Part shown: positions 1 to 9,996 of the stretch, in pieces
Numbering within the stretch: the stretch's first letter is position 1
Layout: each line of letters starts with the position of its first letter
IMG/VR virus record: IMGVR_UViG_3300047476_001831
Span: 1 to 64,000 of that record
Length of the DNA stretch: 64,000 bases
Strand: one strand, 5' to 3'
From: a virus
Position numbers and translations under genes: made by a program
The notes under the pieces: model-generated
What the model was told of the DNA's origin: nothing
Databases searched by the model: none
What the model saw: only the letters and a program-made list of their open reading frames with translations

Positions 1-769
1 CTTGTAAGCGATGCTCAAGCCCCAAATACCCACCATTTACTCTTTTTGTTACTTTTCCAACAACATCATCACTTGAACCTTCATCACAAATTGACCAAAG
101 ATTATTACTATTGAAAAAATAACCTGCGGAAGCTAAAGGATAGGTTGTAGCAACTAAATCAGGATTAGATAATAAATCAACACCTAAGAAGTCACCTAAC
201 CTTTTGTAGTTTTCCTTACCGGTAGTTTGTAAAAAACCCCTCCCACGGAATTTGAATCCCTCTTTAGTAGTTTCATCACCATTACCCATTCTACTTCCAT
301 AAACACGAGAAGCAATTTTTTCAGGTTGGTTAGCATAAGACTCGGCTAATGTACCAGGGAAGTATTTTGGAAATACTCTCATCAAACCATCTTTAGAATA
401 GTTGAGATTTTCAGTAACTGCTTTGAAGTTACCTGATTCGTGAGCACATTGTGCTAAGAAATGAGCCAAACGAAGATTCGTGATGATACCAAACTTGTCA
501 GCAATCAATGAAATTTCATTAATAACTGAATCAGGGACATTTCCTTTAAGTCTTTCAGTTTTTAATGTTTCTTTTTGCACTGTTGGTAAAGAAACACCCA
601 TTTTTTCAAGTGTTGCAGGACCCGCAATACCATCGGCAGTCAAACCATTTTTTGTTTGCCATTCTTTCACTGCTTTTTCAGTACCAGGACCGAAGGAACC
701 ATCTGCAGTGATACCCAATTTTTCTTGTAGGAGTTTAACCAAAGCTCCTTGTGAACCGATTTTTAGCAT
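1..769 (-). CDS. Endolysin: N-terminal peptidoglycan-binding domain + GH19 (chitinase/lysozyme-like) domain; 3' end runs off the window
   Basis: Manual translation from ATG at 769: MLKIGSQGALVKLLQEKLGITADGSFGPGTEKAVKEWQ..GLTADGIAGPAT, then RLAHFLAQCAHESGNF, FRGRGFLQTTGKENY, VTKRVNGG; missing from the ORF track because it is truncated. Confidence 0.9.
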   Translation of the reverse strand, partial: MLKIGSQGALVKLLQEKLGITADGSFGPGTEKAVKEWQTKNGLTADGIAGPATLEKMGVSLPTVQKETLKTERLKGNVPDSVINEISLIADKFGIITNLRLAHFLAQCAHESGNFKAVTENLNYSKDGLMRVFPKYFPGTLAESYANQPEKIASRVYGSRMGNGDETTKEGFKFRGRGFLQTTGKENYKRLGDFLGVDLLSNPDLVATTYPLASAGYFFNSNNLWSICDEGSSDDVVGKVTKRVNGGYLGLEHRLQ

Positions 770-843
770 AGTTTTATAGTTTTTTTTATAAATACCAATT
801 ATATAGTTTGGATTAGTATTTATATAAATAAAAATTTTAAAAA

Positions 844-2064
844 ATGTCAAAAAAAATAAGATTCTCTATTTACTTTTCATATTCACTAATATTGATGTTT
901 GTTGTTACCAACATTTTATCGATTTTTTTACCGAATTGTTACTTTATTTTTTTTAGTATTTTAGAGGTTAGCTTTCTTTTATTATTTATCCCTCCTTTTG
1001 TATTACTAAACAATGAATATGGTAAAAAACTTAAAGACGATTTAAATAATTTTGAAAATTTTGTTAATAATTCAGTCTTGGTGTCAAAGGCTGATAGAAA
1101 TGGGAATATAACATTTGTGAATAAGAAATTCGAAGACGTATCTGGTTGGAAATTAGAGGAGGTTAAAGGTAAAAATCATAATATTGTTAATTCAGGGCAA
1201 CATCCCAAGGAATTTTGGGTTAATATGTATAAGACAGTTGTTAAAGATAAGGAAATATGGAATGAGGTCGTGACCAACAAAAACAAAAATGGGGATTTAT
1301 ACTGGGTTGATTCATATATAAAGGCTGATTTTGATGATGATGGTAAGTTGATAGGTTACAATTCATTGAGATATAATGTAACAGAAATCGTAAAACAAAA
1401 TATTGAGATTGAAACTAAAAACACTTATTTGGAACACGCTGCCAAGATTTTAAGACACGATATGCACTCAGGGATTAATACATATATACCAAGGGGTATT
1501 AGTTCGTTAGAACGAAGATTATCACCTGAACAAATGGAAGAATTGAAAATAACAGCTCCATTTAAAATGATAAAAGAGGGGTTAATTCACACCCAAAAGG
1601 TTTATAAGGGTGTATATGAGTTTACTAACTTAGTTAAAAAGGGTGCTTGTTTGAATGTCACAAATTGTGACCTAAAAGAAATATTGGATAACTATTTGTC
1701 TTCAACTTCTTATAAAAGTCAAGTTGTTATACATCAATTAGTTAAAATAGAGGTTAATGAATCCTTATTTTGTACTGCGATTGACAATCTGATTAGAAAT
1801 GGATTAAAGTATAACGATTCCAACACCAAGGTTGTGACTATTGAAATGGAGAGTGAATTGTTGGTTATACAAGACAATGGTAGAGGAATGACACAAGAGG
1901 AATTTTTACATTTATCTAAACCATATACAAGAAAGTCCGGACAAAAAGAGAGTGGAACCGGATTAGGATTGAATATCTGCGTTGCAATATTGAAAGAACA
2001 CGGATTTGAGGTTAGTTGTGAAAAAAATGAAATTGGAACAAAAATGAAAATTAAATTGAAATGA
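844..2064 (+). CDS. Membrane PAS/PAC sensor histidine kinase
   Basis: Two N-terminal TM segments, PAS (DRNGNITFVNKKF..SGW..EV.GKNH, GDLYWV), H-box RHDMHS, N-box NLIRNGLKY, DNGRGM, GTGLGL. Confidence 0.9.
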   Translation: MSKKIRFSIYFSYSLILMFVVTNILSIFLPNCYFIFFSILEVSFLLLFIPPFVLLNNEYGKKLKDDLNNFENFVNNSVLVSKADRNGNITFVNKKFEDVSGWKLEEVKGKNHNIVNSGQHPKEFWVNMYKTVVKDKEIWNEVVTNKNKNGDLYWVDSYIKADFDDDGKLIGYNSLRYNVTEIVKQNIEIETKNTYLEHAAKILRHDMHSGINTYIPRGISSLERRLSPEQMEELKITAPFKMIKEGLIHTQKVYKGVYEFTNLVKKGACLNVTNCDLKEILDNYLSSTSYKSQVVIHQLVKIEVNESLFCTAIDNLIRNGLKYNDSNTKVVTIEMESELLVIQDNGRGMTQEEFLHLSKPYTRKSGQKESGTGLGLNICVAILKEHGFEVSCEKNEIGTKMKIKLK

Positions 2065-3449
2065 GATTTATAGTTTTTATTTTATTTTTAATGTTATCAA
2101 CATTCGTTTTTTCCCAAAATATCAAACCACAAAAGGTTGATAGTTGGTGGGATCAAGGTGTCCCCACCATGCCCGATAACCCATACATTATGGGATTGAT
2201 TTATCAATTAGGTGATACATTAGATAAGTGGGATTTTGTAACAACTCAATCCAAAGCAAAAATGTGTAGAGAAATAGGACTAGCATTTTATGATAGAGGA
2301 ATGTATGACGCAGCTGATTGGTATTTGGTTAGATCTAAAAACTATAGAGAGGAAGTTAAAATTGAGAAAGACCAATCAAAAATTTTAGAAAAAGAAGTAA
2401 AATCTTTAGAAAAGGACAAGATTTTCTTGGAAAAATTACCAGTTTCTTTTGAAAGTATGTCAAGGTCAGACTTAAAGAAACTTGTGTCTCAGGTTGATGA
2501 ACAAATCAAGAAATTATTAAGGGAAAGAGATTCTTTGATTAAAGAGAAGGCGCCCCAAATTGTTATAGATTCTAAAAATCAAACTATAAAGTCCTTGAAA
2601 AAAGAGAGAGATTTCATCAAAATGAATATCAAGAATTACAATTTATTAGATGAAATCAAGAAAATTAAAAATTATGTATTTTGGTTAATAATTGGGATTA
2701 TAACTCTTATTTTGGCGATTGTCGCTTTATTACAAAGGAACACAATAAAATATAAAGACAAAAAAATAGTCAGTCAACTTAAAGAAATTGGTAAAAAGAA
2801 CACCTATTTGGAACACGCAGCAAGAATCATTCGTCACGATATGCACTCTGGTATCAACACATATATTCCCAAAGGGATTTCTACTTTAGAAAAAAGATTG
2901 TCATCTGATGATATCAAAAATCTTAAAATTGAACTTCCGATAAAAATGATTAAAGAGGGGTTAAACCATACACAGAGAGTTTACAAAAGTGTTTATGAAT
3001 TTACGAATTTAGTTAAACAAAATGTTGTATTAGAAAAGGTAAAAGTGGATGTTAAAGAATCGTTGTATAGATATTTATTAAGTACTTCTTACAAGTCACT
3101 AGTTATGATTGATAATTTGGGTGAACTGGAAGTGAACGAAACGTTATTTTGTAACGCAATCGATAATTTAATTAGAAATGGTCTTAAATATAATGATAAC
3201 GAGGATAAATTTGTTAGGATTTATAAAGAGGACAATAAGTTAATAATACAAGACAATGGTAGAGGTATGACACAGAAACAATTTAATGAGATTTCTACAG
3301 CATATCTCAAAAACAAGAATAAGGACATTGATAAGGGTGTCTCAGGATTAGGATTAAACATTTGTATTACAATATTAGAGGAACACGGATTTAAACTAAG
3401 TTGTGAAAAAAATGAAATTGGTACAAAAATGATAATAAACTTAAAATAA
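2061..3449 (+). CDS. Membrane sensor histidine kinase (signal peptide, periplasmic coiled coil, TM, HisKA/HATPase)
   Basis: RHDMHSGINTYIP H-box, NLIRNGLKY, DNGRGM, GLGL; TM at about aa 205-225. Confidence 0.88.
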   Translation: MRFIVFILFLMLSTFVFSQNIKPQKVDSWWDQGVPTMPDNPYIMGLIYQLGDTLDKWDFVTTQSKAKMCREIGLAFYDRGMYDAADWYLVRSKNYREEVKIEKDQSKILEKEVKSLEKDKIFLEKLPVSFESMSRSDLKKLVSQVDEQIKKLLRERDSLIKEKAPQIVIDSKNQTIKSLKKERDFIKMNIKNYNLLDEIKKIKNYVFWLIIGIITLILAIVALLQRNTIKYKDKKIVSQLKEIGKKNTYLEHAARIIRHDMHSGINTYIPKGISTLEKRLSSDDIKNLKIELPIKMIKEGLNHTQRVYKSVYEFTNLVKQNVVLEKVKVDVKESLYRYLLSTSYKSLVMIDNLGELEVNETLFCNAIDNLIRNGLKYNDNEDKFVRIYKEDNKLIIQDNGRGMTQKQFNEISTAYLKNKNKDIDKGVSGLGLNICITILEEHGFKLSCEKNEIGTKMIINLK

Positions 3450-3465
3450 AAAAAATTGATAAAAA

Positions 3466-3897
3466 ATGATTGAATCGTTGATGTTAGTAGATGATGAGGA
3501 TTTATTCCATTTGGTGTTTGAGGACGCTTGTTCTTTATTGGATATAAGTTTATCGTTAAAATCTTTAAAAAGTTCAGATGAAGCCGCAAAGTTGTTTGAA
3601 AAGTGGCATAGAGAAGGTGGAGGTAAACCTGAATGTGTTTTTGTTGATTTAAATATTATTGGTTCTTCGTTTGATGGGATTGAATTAATAAGAAAAATTA
3701 ATTTCGAGTTTGGAAATCATGTTGTAATTGGAATTATATCATCATCTAATGAACCTGAAGAACAATCTAAGGCAATCCAAGCCGGCGCACAATTTTGGAT
3801 TATTAAATCTGATGATATTGAACCTAGATTAGAACAATTTAAAATAGATTATCAAGGTTACAAAAATAGAACTAACCCATTTAAGGTTTATAGATAA
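3466..3897 (+). CDS. Single-domain response regulator (REC)
   Basis: LVDDED, FVDLN (phosphoacceptor Asp), DGIELIRKI, ISSS, IIK. Confidence 0.9.
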   Translation: MIESLMLVDDEDLFHLVFEDACSLLDISLSLKSLKSSDEAAKLFEKWHREGGGKPECVFVDLNIIGSSFDGIELIRKINFEFGNHVVIGIISSSNEPEEQSKAIQAGAQFWIIKSDDIEPRLEQFKIDYQGYKNRTNPFKVYR

Positions 3898-4574
3898 TGA
3901 AATTTAATAAGGAAACTAAAGAAGAGTTAATTGATTTACTCGAAAAGAAAAACATCGGTTTGGAAGGTAATATTTTGAAAGTAATTGATACTTCAGATGA
4001 CCCCAATTTTGCTAAATATGTCGAAAATTGTAAAGAAAAGGATAAAGAAAACAGAAAAAAAAGATTAGAAATCACAAAACAGGTTCAAGAAAAAAACAAA
4101 GAGTTAATTGAAGTCAATGATGAAAATGAAAGGATAATGAGAGAACTTCAATCAACTTTAAAAGAGGTTGAAGACGCTAAAATTACCTTTGAGGTACAAA
4201 ATAGAGAGTTGGTTGCATGGAAACAAGATAATGAAAGAATTAGTTTAGAGTTACAACAAGAGATGGCAAAGTCCGAATTAGCTAGAATTGAGGCTGAAGA
4301 GGCTAAAACAGCTGCAATTAATGATTTGGATGTATTACAAAAAAGAAAACAAACTGAATTAATTGGTAATATCGTTAAAATTGCTTTAGGTGTTATTGTT
4401 TCAATTGGTGTAATCACAACCTTTATGTATGTATTTGCAATTTTTATGAATAAAGACACCCAAATGATTGGTTCTACTTGGTCTAATATGTTAGGTATTC
4501 TTTTAACAAACGCATTCAGTATTATTGGTACTATTATGGGGGTAAAATACTCAGGTAAAGAAGATAAAGAATAA
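3897..4574 (+). CDS. Coiled-coil protein with two C-terminal TM helices
   Basis: Overlaps the REC stop codon; E/K-rich coiled coil, hydrophobic C-terminus. Confidence 0.7.
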   Translation: MKFNKETKEELIDLLEKKNIGLEGNILKVIDTSDDPNFAKYVENCKEKDKENRKKRLEITKQVQEKNKELIEVNDENERIMRELQSTLKEVEDAKITFEVQNRELVAWKQDNERISLELQQEMAKSELARIEAEEAKTAAINDLDVLQKRKQTELIGNIVKIALGVIVSIGVITTFMYVFAIFMNKDTQMIGSTWSNMLGILLTNAFSIIGTIMGVKYSGKEDKE

Positions 4575-4603
4575 AAAAAAGGGGTCTATTTTGACCCCTT
4601 CTT
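4574..4603. terminator. Bidirectional intrinsic terminator
   Basis: AAGGGGTC-tatttt-GACCCCTT hairpin between convergent genes. Confidence 0.65.
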
Positions 4604-4771
4604 TAATTTACTAAACTTAGTTTCCCCTTTATATACATTTTCCACTTCATAAGCATTTCTACCTAATTTTTTATCATATCTCCATATTTGGATAATATCT
4701 CCGTGGTCAATAACAACTTCTGTTTTTGTAATTTCTGTAGTTTGAGGTTCCGTATTTAGTTTTTTTGCCAT
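4586..4771 (-). CDS. Hypothetical protein
   Basis: 61 aa ORF directly downstream of the aaRS-like gene. Confidence 0.55.
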   Translation of the reverse strand: MAKKLNTEPQTTEITKTEVVIDHGDIIQIWRYDKKLGRNAYEVENVYKGETKFSKLKKGSK

Positions 4772-4773
4772 AG

Positions 4774-5607
4774 TTATGCTATTGATTCTGCTAATTTTTT
4801 TGCGTTATTAAGTTCATATGCTCTTGCCAATCTGGTCATACCACAACCCCAACCAAATCTTGGGAAGAAATCCAAAGATAAGAAATCTTCTAAATCTTTT
4901 TCTACTCTTTCCTTACCAAATAATTCAAAAAGTTTTCCAGCGTAGTTTCCACCTTCGATTGTGTAGAACATTTCTTTCATACTTTCCTTATCACAACTTC
5001 TTTCAGCTGAACCGATAGTTTCTTGACCGAATAGGATAACATCAACCTTTTGGAATTTGTCACCTTCACCTTTTTGCATATTCCAGAATGGGTTTGTTCT
5101 TAATGGGAAGTTTTGTAGAGAGATTGAGTCACCGATTTCATTCCACATTTTTGTTTCGTGTTCAGCTTCAAGGATATCAGTTCCGTATTTTTCACAAAGT
5201 TCGTTATAATCTACAATCTTTGGAGTATCAAAACCAAGGTATTCTAACATTTCAGCTTGAAGTTTAACCATATCTTCTTTTGTTCCTTTTGTTTCCACCT
5301 CAAACATAGGAAAAATTAAATCGTGTCTTCCAGGGATTGGGGTTGCTTCTTGTCTATATGATGTTGAGATACAATATACACCAGGATATTCAGGATTTTG
5401 TAATAATTCGTATTCTAACCACATTTGACCTGTTTGGGGTAATGGCCAAACCTCACCTGAGTATTCAAATTTTGTAATACTATGTGGATTTTCACATGCG
5501 GCAAGGATTGATAATCTTGATTGAACTGGAACTTCTAAGAAACCTTTAGCTTGGAAGAATGTTCTCATTTTTTGGACTAACTCATTGTAGATTTTTGTGT
5601 TTTTCAT
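4774..5607 (-). CDS. Stand-alone class IIb aaRS catalytic domain without anticodon-binding domain; probable archaeal-type asparagine synthetase A
   Basis: Motif 1 (RTFFQAKGFLEV), motif 2 (SYRQE..GRH..F.MFE.E), ETIGSAER, motif 3 (GWGCGMTRL); 277 aa. Confidence 0.75.
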   Translation of the reverse strand: MKNTKIYNELVQKMRTFFQAKGFLEVPVQSRLSILAACENPHSITKFEYSGEVWPLPQTGQMWLEYELLQNPEYPGVYCISTSYRQEATPIPGRHDLIFPMFEVETKGTKEDMVKLQAEMLEYLGFDTPKIVDYNELCEKYGTDILEAEHETKMWNEIGDSISLQNFPLRTNPFWNMQKGEGDKFQKVDVILFGQETIGSAERSCDKESMKEMFYTIEGGNYAGKLFELFGKERVEKDLEDFLSLDFFPRFGWGCGMTRLARAYELNNAKKLAESIA

Positions 5608-5651
5608 TTTTGTTTGTAAGTGTTTTTATTGGTTAATGTTTATTTGAATAT

Positions 5652-5725
5652 AAAAAAAATCCCCCTAATAATAGGAGGATTTAAGAGATTGATTTTGATA
5701 TGTTGTTGTGTAGATTGATGTCCAT
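5652..5725 (-). promoter_or_regulatory. Leader ORF MDINLHNNISKSIS (5725-5681) plus adjacent terminator: candidate attenuator
   Basis: 14-codon ORF with 3 Asn codons, then ATCCTCCT-attatt-AGGGGGAT-U tract upstream of the AsnA-like gene. Confidence 0.55.
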
Positions 5726-5817
5726 TTTTTTATACTTTTAGGAATAAATACGATTAATTTTTGTAAAAATCAATTTTTAAGAAAAAATATATAAAAAAAA
5801 ATTAAATTGTCATAAAA

Positions 5818-5834
5818 ACTGACAATTTGTCAGT
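5818..5834. promoter_or_regulatory. Palindromic operator TGACA-N3-TGTCA upstream of dnaK
   Basis: ACTGACAATTTGTCAGT; same core at 50607-50619. Confidence 0.55.
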
Positions 5835-5932
5835 ATAAATTGGGTTGGATTGATTTTTAATAATAAAAGTTTGGAATTGAAATTGACTCCATAAAAAATA
5901 AACTATATAATTCAATCAAAAAACACACAATT

Positions 5933-7798
5933 ATGAGTAAAATTATAGGAATTGACTTAGGTACGACAAATTCGTGCGTTGCCGTTATGGAAAACGGAGA
6001 ACCAATTGTAATAACAAACAATGAAGGTAAAAGAACAACGCCTTCAATCATTGGTTTTGTTGACAATGGTGAAAGAAAGATTGGTGACCCTGCCAAAAGA
6101 CAGTCAGTAACAAATCCTGACAAAACAATTTATTCAATCAAACGATTTATGGGTTCTAATTTTGATGAAACAAAGTCAGAGGTTAGTAGAGTACCATATA
6201 AAGTTGTTAAGGGTAAAAACAATACACCAAGAGTTGAGATTGATGGTAAACAATACTCACCACAAGAATTATCAGCAATGGTGTTACAAAAAATGAAACA
6301 AACGGCTGAAGACTATTTGGGTCAAGAAGTAACAGAAGCTGTAATCACAGTTCCAGCATACTTCAACGATGCTCAAAGACAAGCAACAAAAGAAGCTGGT
6401 GAGATTGCGGGACTAACAGTTAAAAGAATTATCAACGAACCAACAGCTGCAGCCCTTGCCTATGGTCTTGATAAGAAAAACAAAGACTCCAAAATTGTTG
6501 TTTTTGACTGTGGTGGTGGAACACATGACGTATCTATCCTTGAATTAGGTGGTGGAGTATTTGAAGTATTATCAACAGATGGTGATACACACTTAGGGGG
6601 GGATGACTTTGACAATGCAATTGTTGATTGGTTAACATCAGAGTTCAAAAATGAAAATGGTGGAGCTTGGAACGATGATTCTATGGCAATCCAAAGATTG
6701 AGAGAGGCTGCAGAGAAAGCAAAGATTGAATTATCTTCTTCTCAATCAACAGAAATCAATTTACCTTACTTTATGGTGATTGATAATCAACCAAAACACC
6801 TTGTAAAAACACTTACAAGAGCAAAATTTGAACAATTGATTGATAAGTTGGTTGAAAGAACAATTGCACCTTGTAAATCAGCACTTAAAAACGCTAATCT
6901 TACTATTGGAGAAATTGATGAGGTAATTTTAGTTGGAGGTTCTACTAGAATCCCAGCAATCCAAGAAGCAGTTAAGAAGTTTTTTGGTAAAGAACCATCA
7001 AAAGGTGTAAATCCTGATGAAGTTGTTGCTTTAGGTGCGGCAATTCAAGGTGGTGTATTAGCTGGTGATGTAAAAGACGTTCTTTTATTAGATGTAACCC
7101 CACTTTCATTGGGTATTGAAACTATGGGTGGAGTATTCACTAAATTAATTGAGGCAAACACCACAATTCCTACCAAAAAGTCACAGATTTTCTCTACAGC
7201 GGTAGATAATCAACCATCGGTAGAAATACATGTACTACAAGGTGAAAGACCAATGGCAAAGGATAATAGAAGTATTGGAAGATTCCATTTAGATGGTATC
7301 CCACCTTCAATGAGGGGTATTCCACAGATTGAAGTTACATTTGATATTGATTCAAATGGTATTATCAATGTTGCTGCTTTAGATAAAGGTACAAACAAGA
7401 AACAAACAATCAGAATTGAGTCTTCTTCTGGTTTATCACAAGATGAAATTGATAGAATGAAACGTGAAGCGGAAGAAAATGCTGAAACTGATAGATTAGC
7501 TAAAGAAAAAGCTGAGAAAATCAATGAAGCTGATAGTACAATCTTCAACATTGAGAAAACAATGAAGGATTTGGATGAGAAAATCAGTGATGAACATAAA
7601 GAAAACATCAAAAAAGAACTAGAATCACTAAAAGAAGCTAAAAATAGTGGTGATGTTGAAGTAATTAACAAAGCATTGGATAGTATTAATATGAAAATGC
7701 AAGAAATTACACAAGAACTTTACAGTAATGTAAATGAACAAACTGAACCAACAGATGGATTTAATGGTTCTGATGTTGAATTTGAAGAAGTTAAGTAA
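5933..7798 (+). CDS. dnaK: Molecular chaperone DnaK (Hsp70)
   Basis: [54 protein letters not shown]. Confidence 0.98.
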   Translation: MSKIIGIDLGTTNSCVAVMENGEPIVITNNEGKRTTPSIIGFVDNGERKIGDPAKRQSVTNPDKTIYSIKRFMGSNFDETKSEVSRVPYKVVKGKNNTPRVEIDGKQYSPQELSAMVLQKMKQTAEDYLGQEVTEAVITVPAYFNDAQRQATKEAGEIAGLTVKRIINEPTAAALAYGLDKKNKDSKIVVFDCGGGTHDVSILELGGGVFEVLSTDGDTHLGGDDFDNAIVDWLTSEFKNENGGAWNDDSMAIQRLREAAEKAKIELSSSQSTEINLPYFMVIDNQPKHLVKTLTRAKFEQLIDKLVERTIAPCKSALKNANLTIGEIDEVILVGGSTRIPAIQEAVKKFFGKEPSKGVNPDEVVALGAAIQGGVLAGDVKDVLLLDVTPLSLGIETMGGVFTKLIEANTTIPTKKSQIFSTAVDNQPSVEIHVLQGERPMAKDNRSIGRFHLDGIPPSMRGIPQIEVTFDIDSNGIINVAALDKGTNKKQTIRIESSSGLSQDEIDRMKREAEENAETDRLAKEKAEKINEADSTIFNIEKTMKDLDEKISDEHKENIKKELESLKEAKNSGDVEVINKALDSINMKMQEITQELYSNVNEQTEPTDGFNGSDVEFEEVK

Positions 7799-7816
7799 AA
7801 ATGAAAAACCCCTGAG

Positions 7817-8110
7817 TTACTCGGGGGTTTCTTCTTTTACATCTTCTGTTTTCTTTTCTTTTTGAATTTGGTGAATTATGTAACCTGAAATTGCAAACTC
7901 AACCCCAGCCCACATAATTAAATCAGTCATAGTTAATGTGGAATGTTTTTCTAATAAGAAAAATATCATTCCCCACTGAGCAACTAGAAAAGCAATACCA
8001 GATTCAATTCTTTTTTTGGAAAAAAATGATTCTTTTGAGGAATACATATTTGTAACTTCTCTAATTAACCATTTTATATTTTCCCACCCAAAAAATAATT
8101 TATTTTTCAT
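7817..8110 (-). CDS. Small two-TM membrane protein (holin-like)
   Basis: Probable start at MKNKLFFGW; FFSKKRIES followed by two hydrophobic helices. Confidence 0.5.
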   Translation of the reverse strand: MKNKLFFGWENIKWLIREVTNMYSSKESFFSKKRIESGIAFLVAQWGMIFFLLEKHSTLTMTDLIMWAGVEFAISGYIIHQIQKEKKTEDVKEETPE

Positions 8111-8139
8111 AAGGTTTTTATTATAAATAGGATATAAAT

Positions 8140-8169
8140 AAAAAAGAGGACGTAGCGATGTCCTCTTTT
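8140..8169. terminator. Intrinsic terminator
   Basis: AAAAGAGGAC-gtagcgat-GTCCTCTTTT. Confidence 0.7.
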
Positions 8170-8219
8170 CTTGTTGCCGTAACAGCAAACGGTCCTAATA
8201 GTCCTCTTAAGAGGTTAGA

Positions 8220-8747
8220 TTAGTTACCCTTAACGAGTTCCAAACATCTTTTAAGATATTCTTTAGCTCTTGGTGAGGGTGTGTATTCATCATCTTTTGT
8301 TTGAAGATTTAAAACTCTTTCAATATCTTTAACTAATTCAGTTCCATGTTCATTTTCTTTATACAATTCTATAATTTTATCCATAGCTTTGTTACAACCA
8401 TTACTTGTTTCATCATAGTAATTTTTGTTTCTGAATTTGTTAAGATGGTGCATCATATCATAAGCTAAATGAGCTCCACCATCTTTGATATCTCTGAATA
8501 ATCTAAGATTATTAAGTATTCCCAATGTATCTACCATTGAGTTAACTCCTAATTTTCGTTTACTTACACCAGGTGCATACTCACTATAATCATCAGCAGT
8601 ACCAACAATTTCTTCTAATGGTACAACATTTTCTGGAACACAACGAGGTTTGTCTTTAACCTCTTTCATTTCCATATTCTCTTCTTCCAAAATGGTTCTT
8701 CTAATTATTTTTCTTAGTTCAGATTCTTTGATTGTATAATGTTTCAT
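8220..8747 (-). CDS. Hypothetical protein (possible head-associated)
   Basis: N-terminal IKESELRKII motif. Confidence 0.65.
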   Translation of the reverse strand: MKHYTIKESELRKIIRRTILEEENMEMKEVKDKPRCVPENVVPLEEIVGTADDYSEYAPGVSKRKLGVNSMVDTLGILNNLRLFRDIKDGGAHLAYDMMHHLNKFRNKNYYDETSNGCNKAMDKIIELYKENEHGTELVKDIERVLNLQTKDDEYTPSPRAKEYLKRCLELVKGN

Positions 8748-8825
8748 AAAAATTTTTCTTTATAAATATATCATAAAGGAATAAACGAAACCACCCAAAT
8801 ACTAATATTAGGGGTTATTTTTCAT

Positions 8826-9029
8826 TTAATCCTTGTTTTCATTAGAATCATTTTTATTTGGTAATATGATTTCTAACCAAATATCAAATATTAGAAAATA
8901 AATCCACCAAGTTAGTACTGATATTGGATATGACTCAGGATATAAACTAGTCATGAATAAAAGAAAAGATATTTTAGCAAAGATATAGATTCTTATAATG
9001 ACATAAAAAAAACGATAGAATGATAGCAT
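8826..9029 (-). CDS. Small membrane protein
   Basis: Hydrophobic 67 aa ORF. Confidence 0.45.
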   Translation of the reverse strand: MLSFYRFFYVIIRIYIFAKISFLLFMTSLYPESYPISVLTWWIYFLIFDIWLEIILPNKNDSNENKD

Positions 9030-9097
9030 ATTTGTTGAAAAGTTTGTTTGTTGAATTATGATTATAAAATAAGAATATTTATTTAAAAAACAAAGTT

Positions 9098-9724
9098 ATG
9101 AAAAATAATTTAGATAATTTAATTAAAAAGGTATTAAGAGAATCATTCAATCAACCAATGAGACTAATTGAAACTTCGTTAATTTCGGAGGAGTTGAGTT
9201 ATCATTTAGAAAATAAAATTCCATTGAATGAGAACGTTTTTAGAATATATTCGGACAAATATTTTAAACTTATAAATGAAGTAAGAAATCTTTACAATGA
9301 AGGTAAAATAGAATTGAATAAAGAGGATACTTGGTTAGTTCAATCTGATTTAGGTAAAAAGGTTTTATTAGAGAATGGTGATGAGGTTTGGTTAGATGCT
9401 CCTATGTATGAAGAAGAGGTTGAAGAATTGTTATCAGAGGCGAAACATAGAGGTAAAAATGTAAAATTGAACTCACCTTTTAGAACACCAGGTGGTCCTA
9501 AGAAGTTTGCAGTATATGTAAAAACTCCAAAAGGGACAATTAAAAAGGTTACATTTGGAGACCCAAATCTAAAAGTTAGAAATAGAAATCCTAAAGCTGC
9601 AAAATCTTTCAGAGCTAGACATAAATGCGACCAAAAGAAAGACAGAACTACTGCAGGATATTGGAGTTGTAATGTTGGTCGTCATGCAAAAAAATTGGGA
9701 TTAAAATCTAGTAAAAGTTGGTAA
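9098..9724 (+). CDS. Conserved phage protein with basic C-terminal domain
   Basis: KKFAVYV..KVTFGD..KSFRARHKC..TAGYWSC domain, recognised from large phages. Confidence 0.7.
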   Translation: MKNNLDNLIKKVLRESFNQPMRLIETSLISEELSYHLENKIPLNENVFRIYSDKYFKLINEVRNLYNEGKIELNKEDTWLVQSDLGKKVLLENGDEVWLDAPMYEEEVEELLSEAKHRGKNVKLNSPFRTPGGPKKFAVYVKTPKGTIKKVTFGDPNLKVRNRNPKAAKSFRARHKCDQKKDRTTAGYWSCNVGRHAKKLGLKSSKSW

Positions 9725-9725
9725 T

Positions 9726-9995
9726 ATGCAAGATTTCCCTTTTCAACAAGAAATTATAAATAATATCAAAATCAGAACATTTTTAGAAAATGTTGATGAT
9801 GATGAATTGAAATGGCATAGGGATAGAGAGGATAGACTTGTTGAAGTTTTGGAGGGGAGTAATTGGTATTTACAAATGGATAATGAATTACCTACACCTT
9901 TAATTGTTGGTCAGAAATATTTTATCCCTAAAGGTGTTTATCACCGAGTAATTAAAGGTATAGGTAACTTAAAAGTTAGTATAGAAATACAATAG
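9726..9995 (+). CDS. Cupin-fold protein
   Basis: WHRDREDR and FIPKGVYHRV cupin motifs. Confidence 0.7.
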   Translation: MQDFPFQQEIINNIKIRTFLENVDDDELKWHRDREDRLVEVLEGSNWYLQMDNELPTPLIVGQKYFIPKGVYHRVIKGIGNLKVSIEIQ

Positions 9996-9996
9996 A

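Noticed and set aside
480-779. 99 aa + strand ORF
   Set aside because: Antisense shadow of the endolysin; most short opposite-strand ORFs inside dnaK, clpC, terL and portal are rejected for the same reason
5933-7798. Bacterial chromosome origin suggested by dnaK, clpC, ssrA
   Set aside because: No grpE, dnaJ or smpB context, and the genes are interleaved with T4-like head genes
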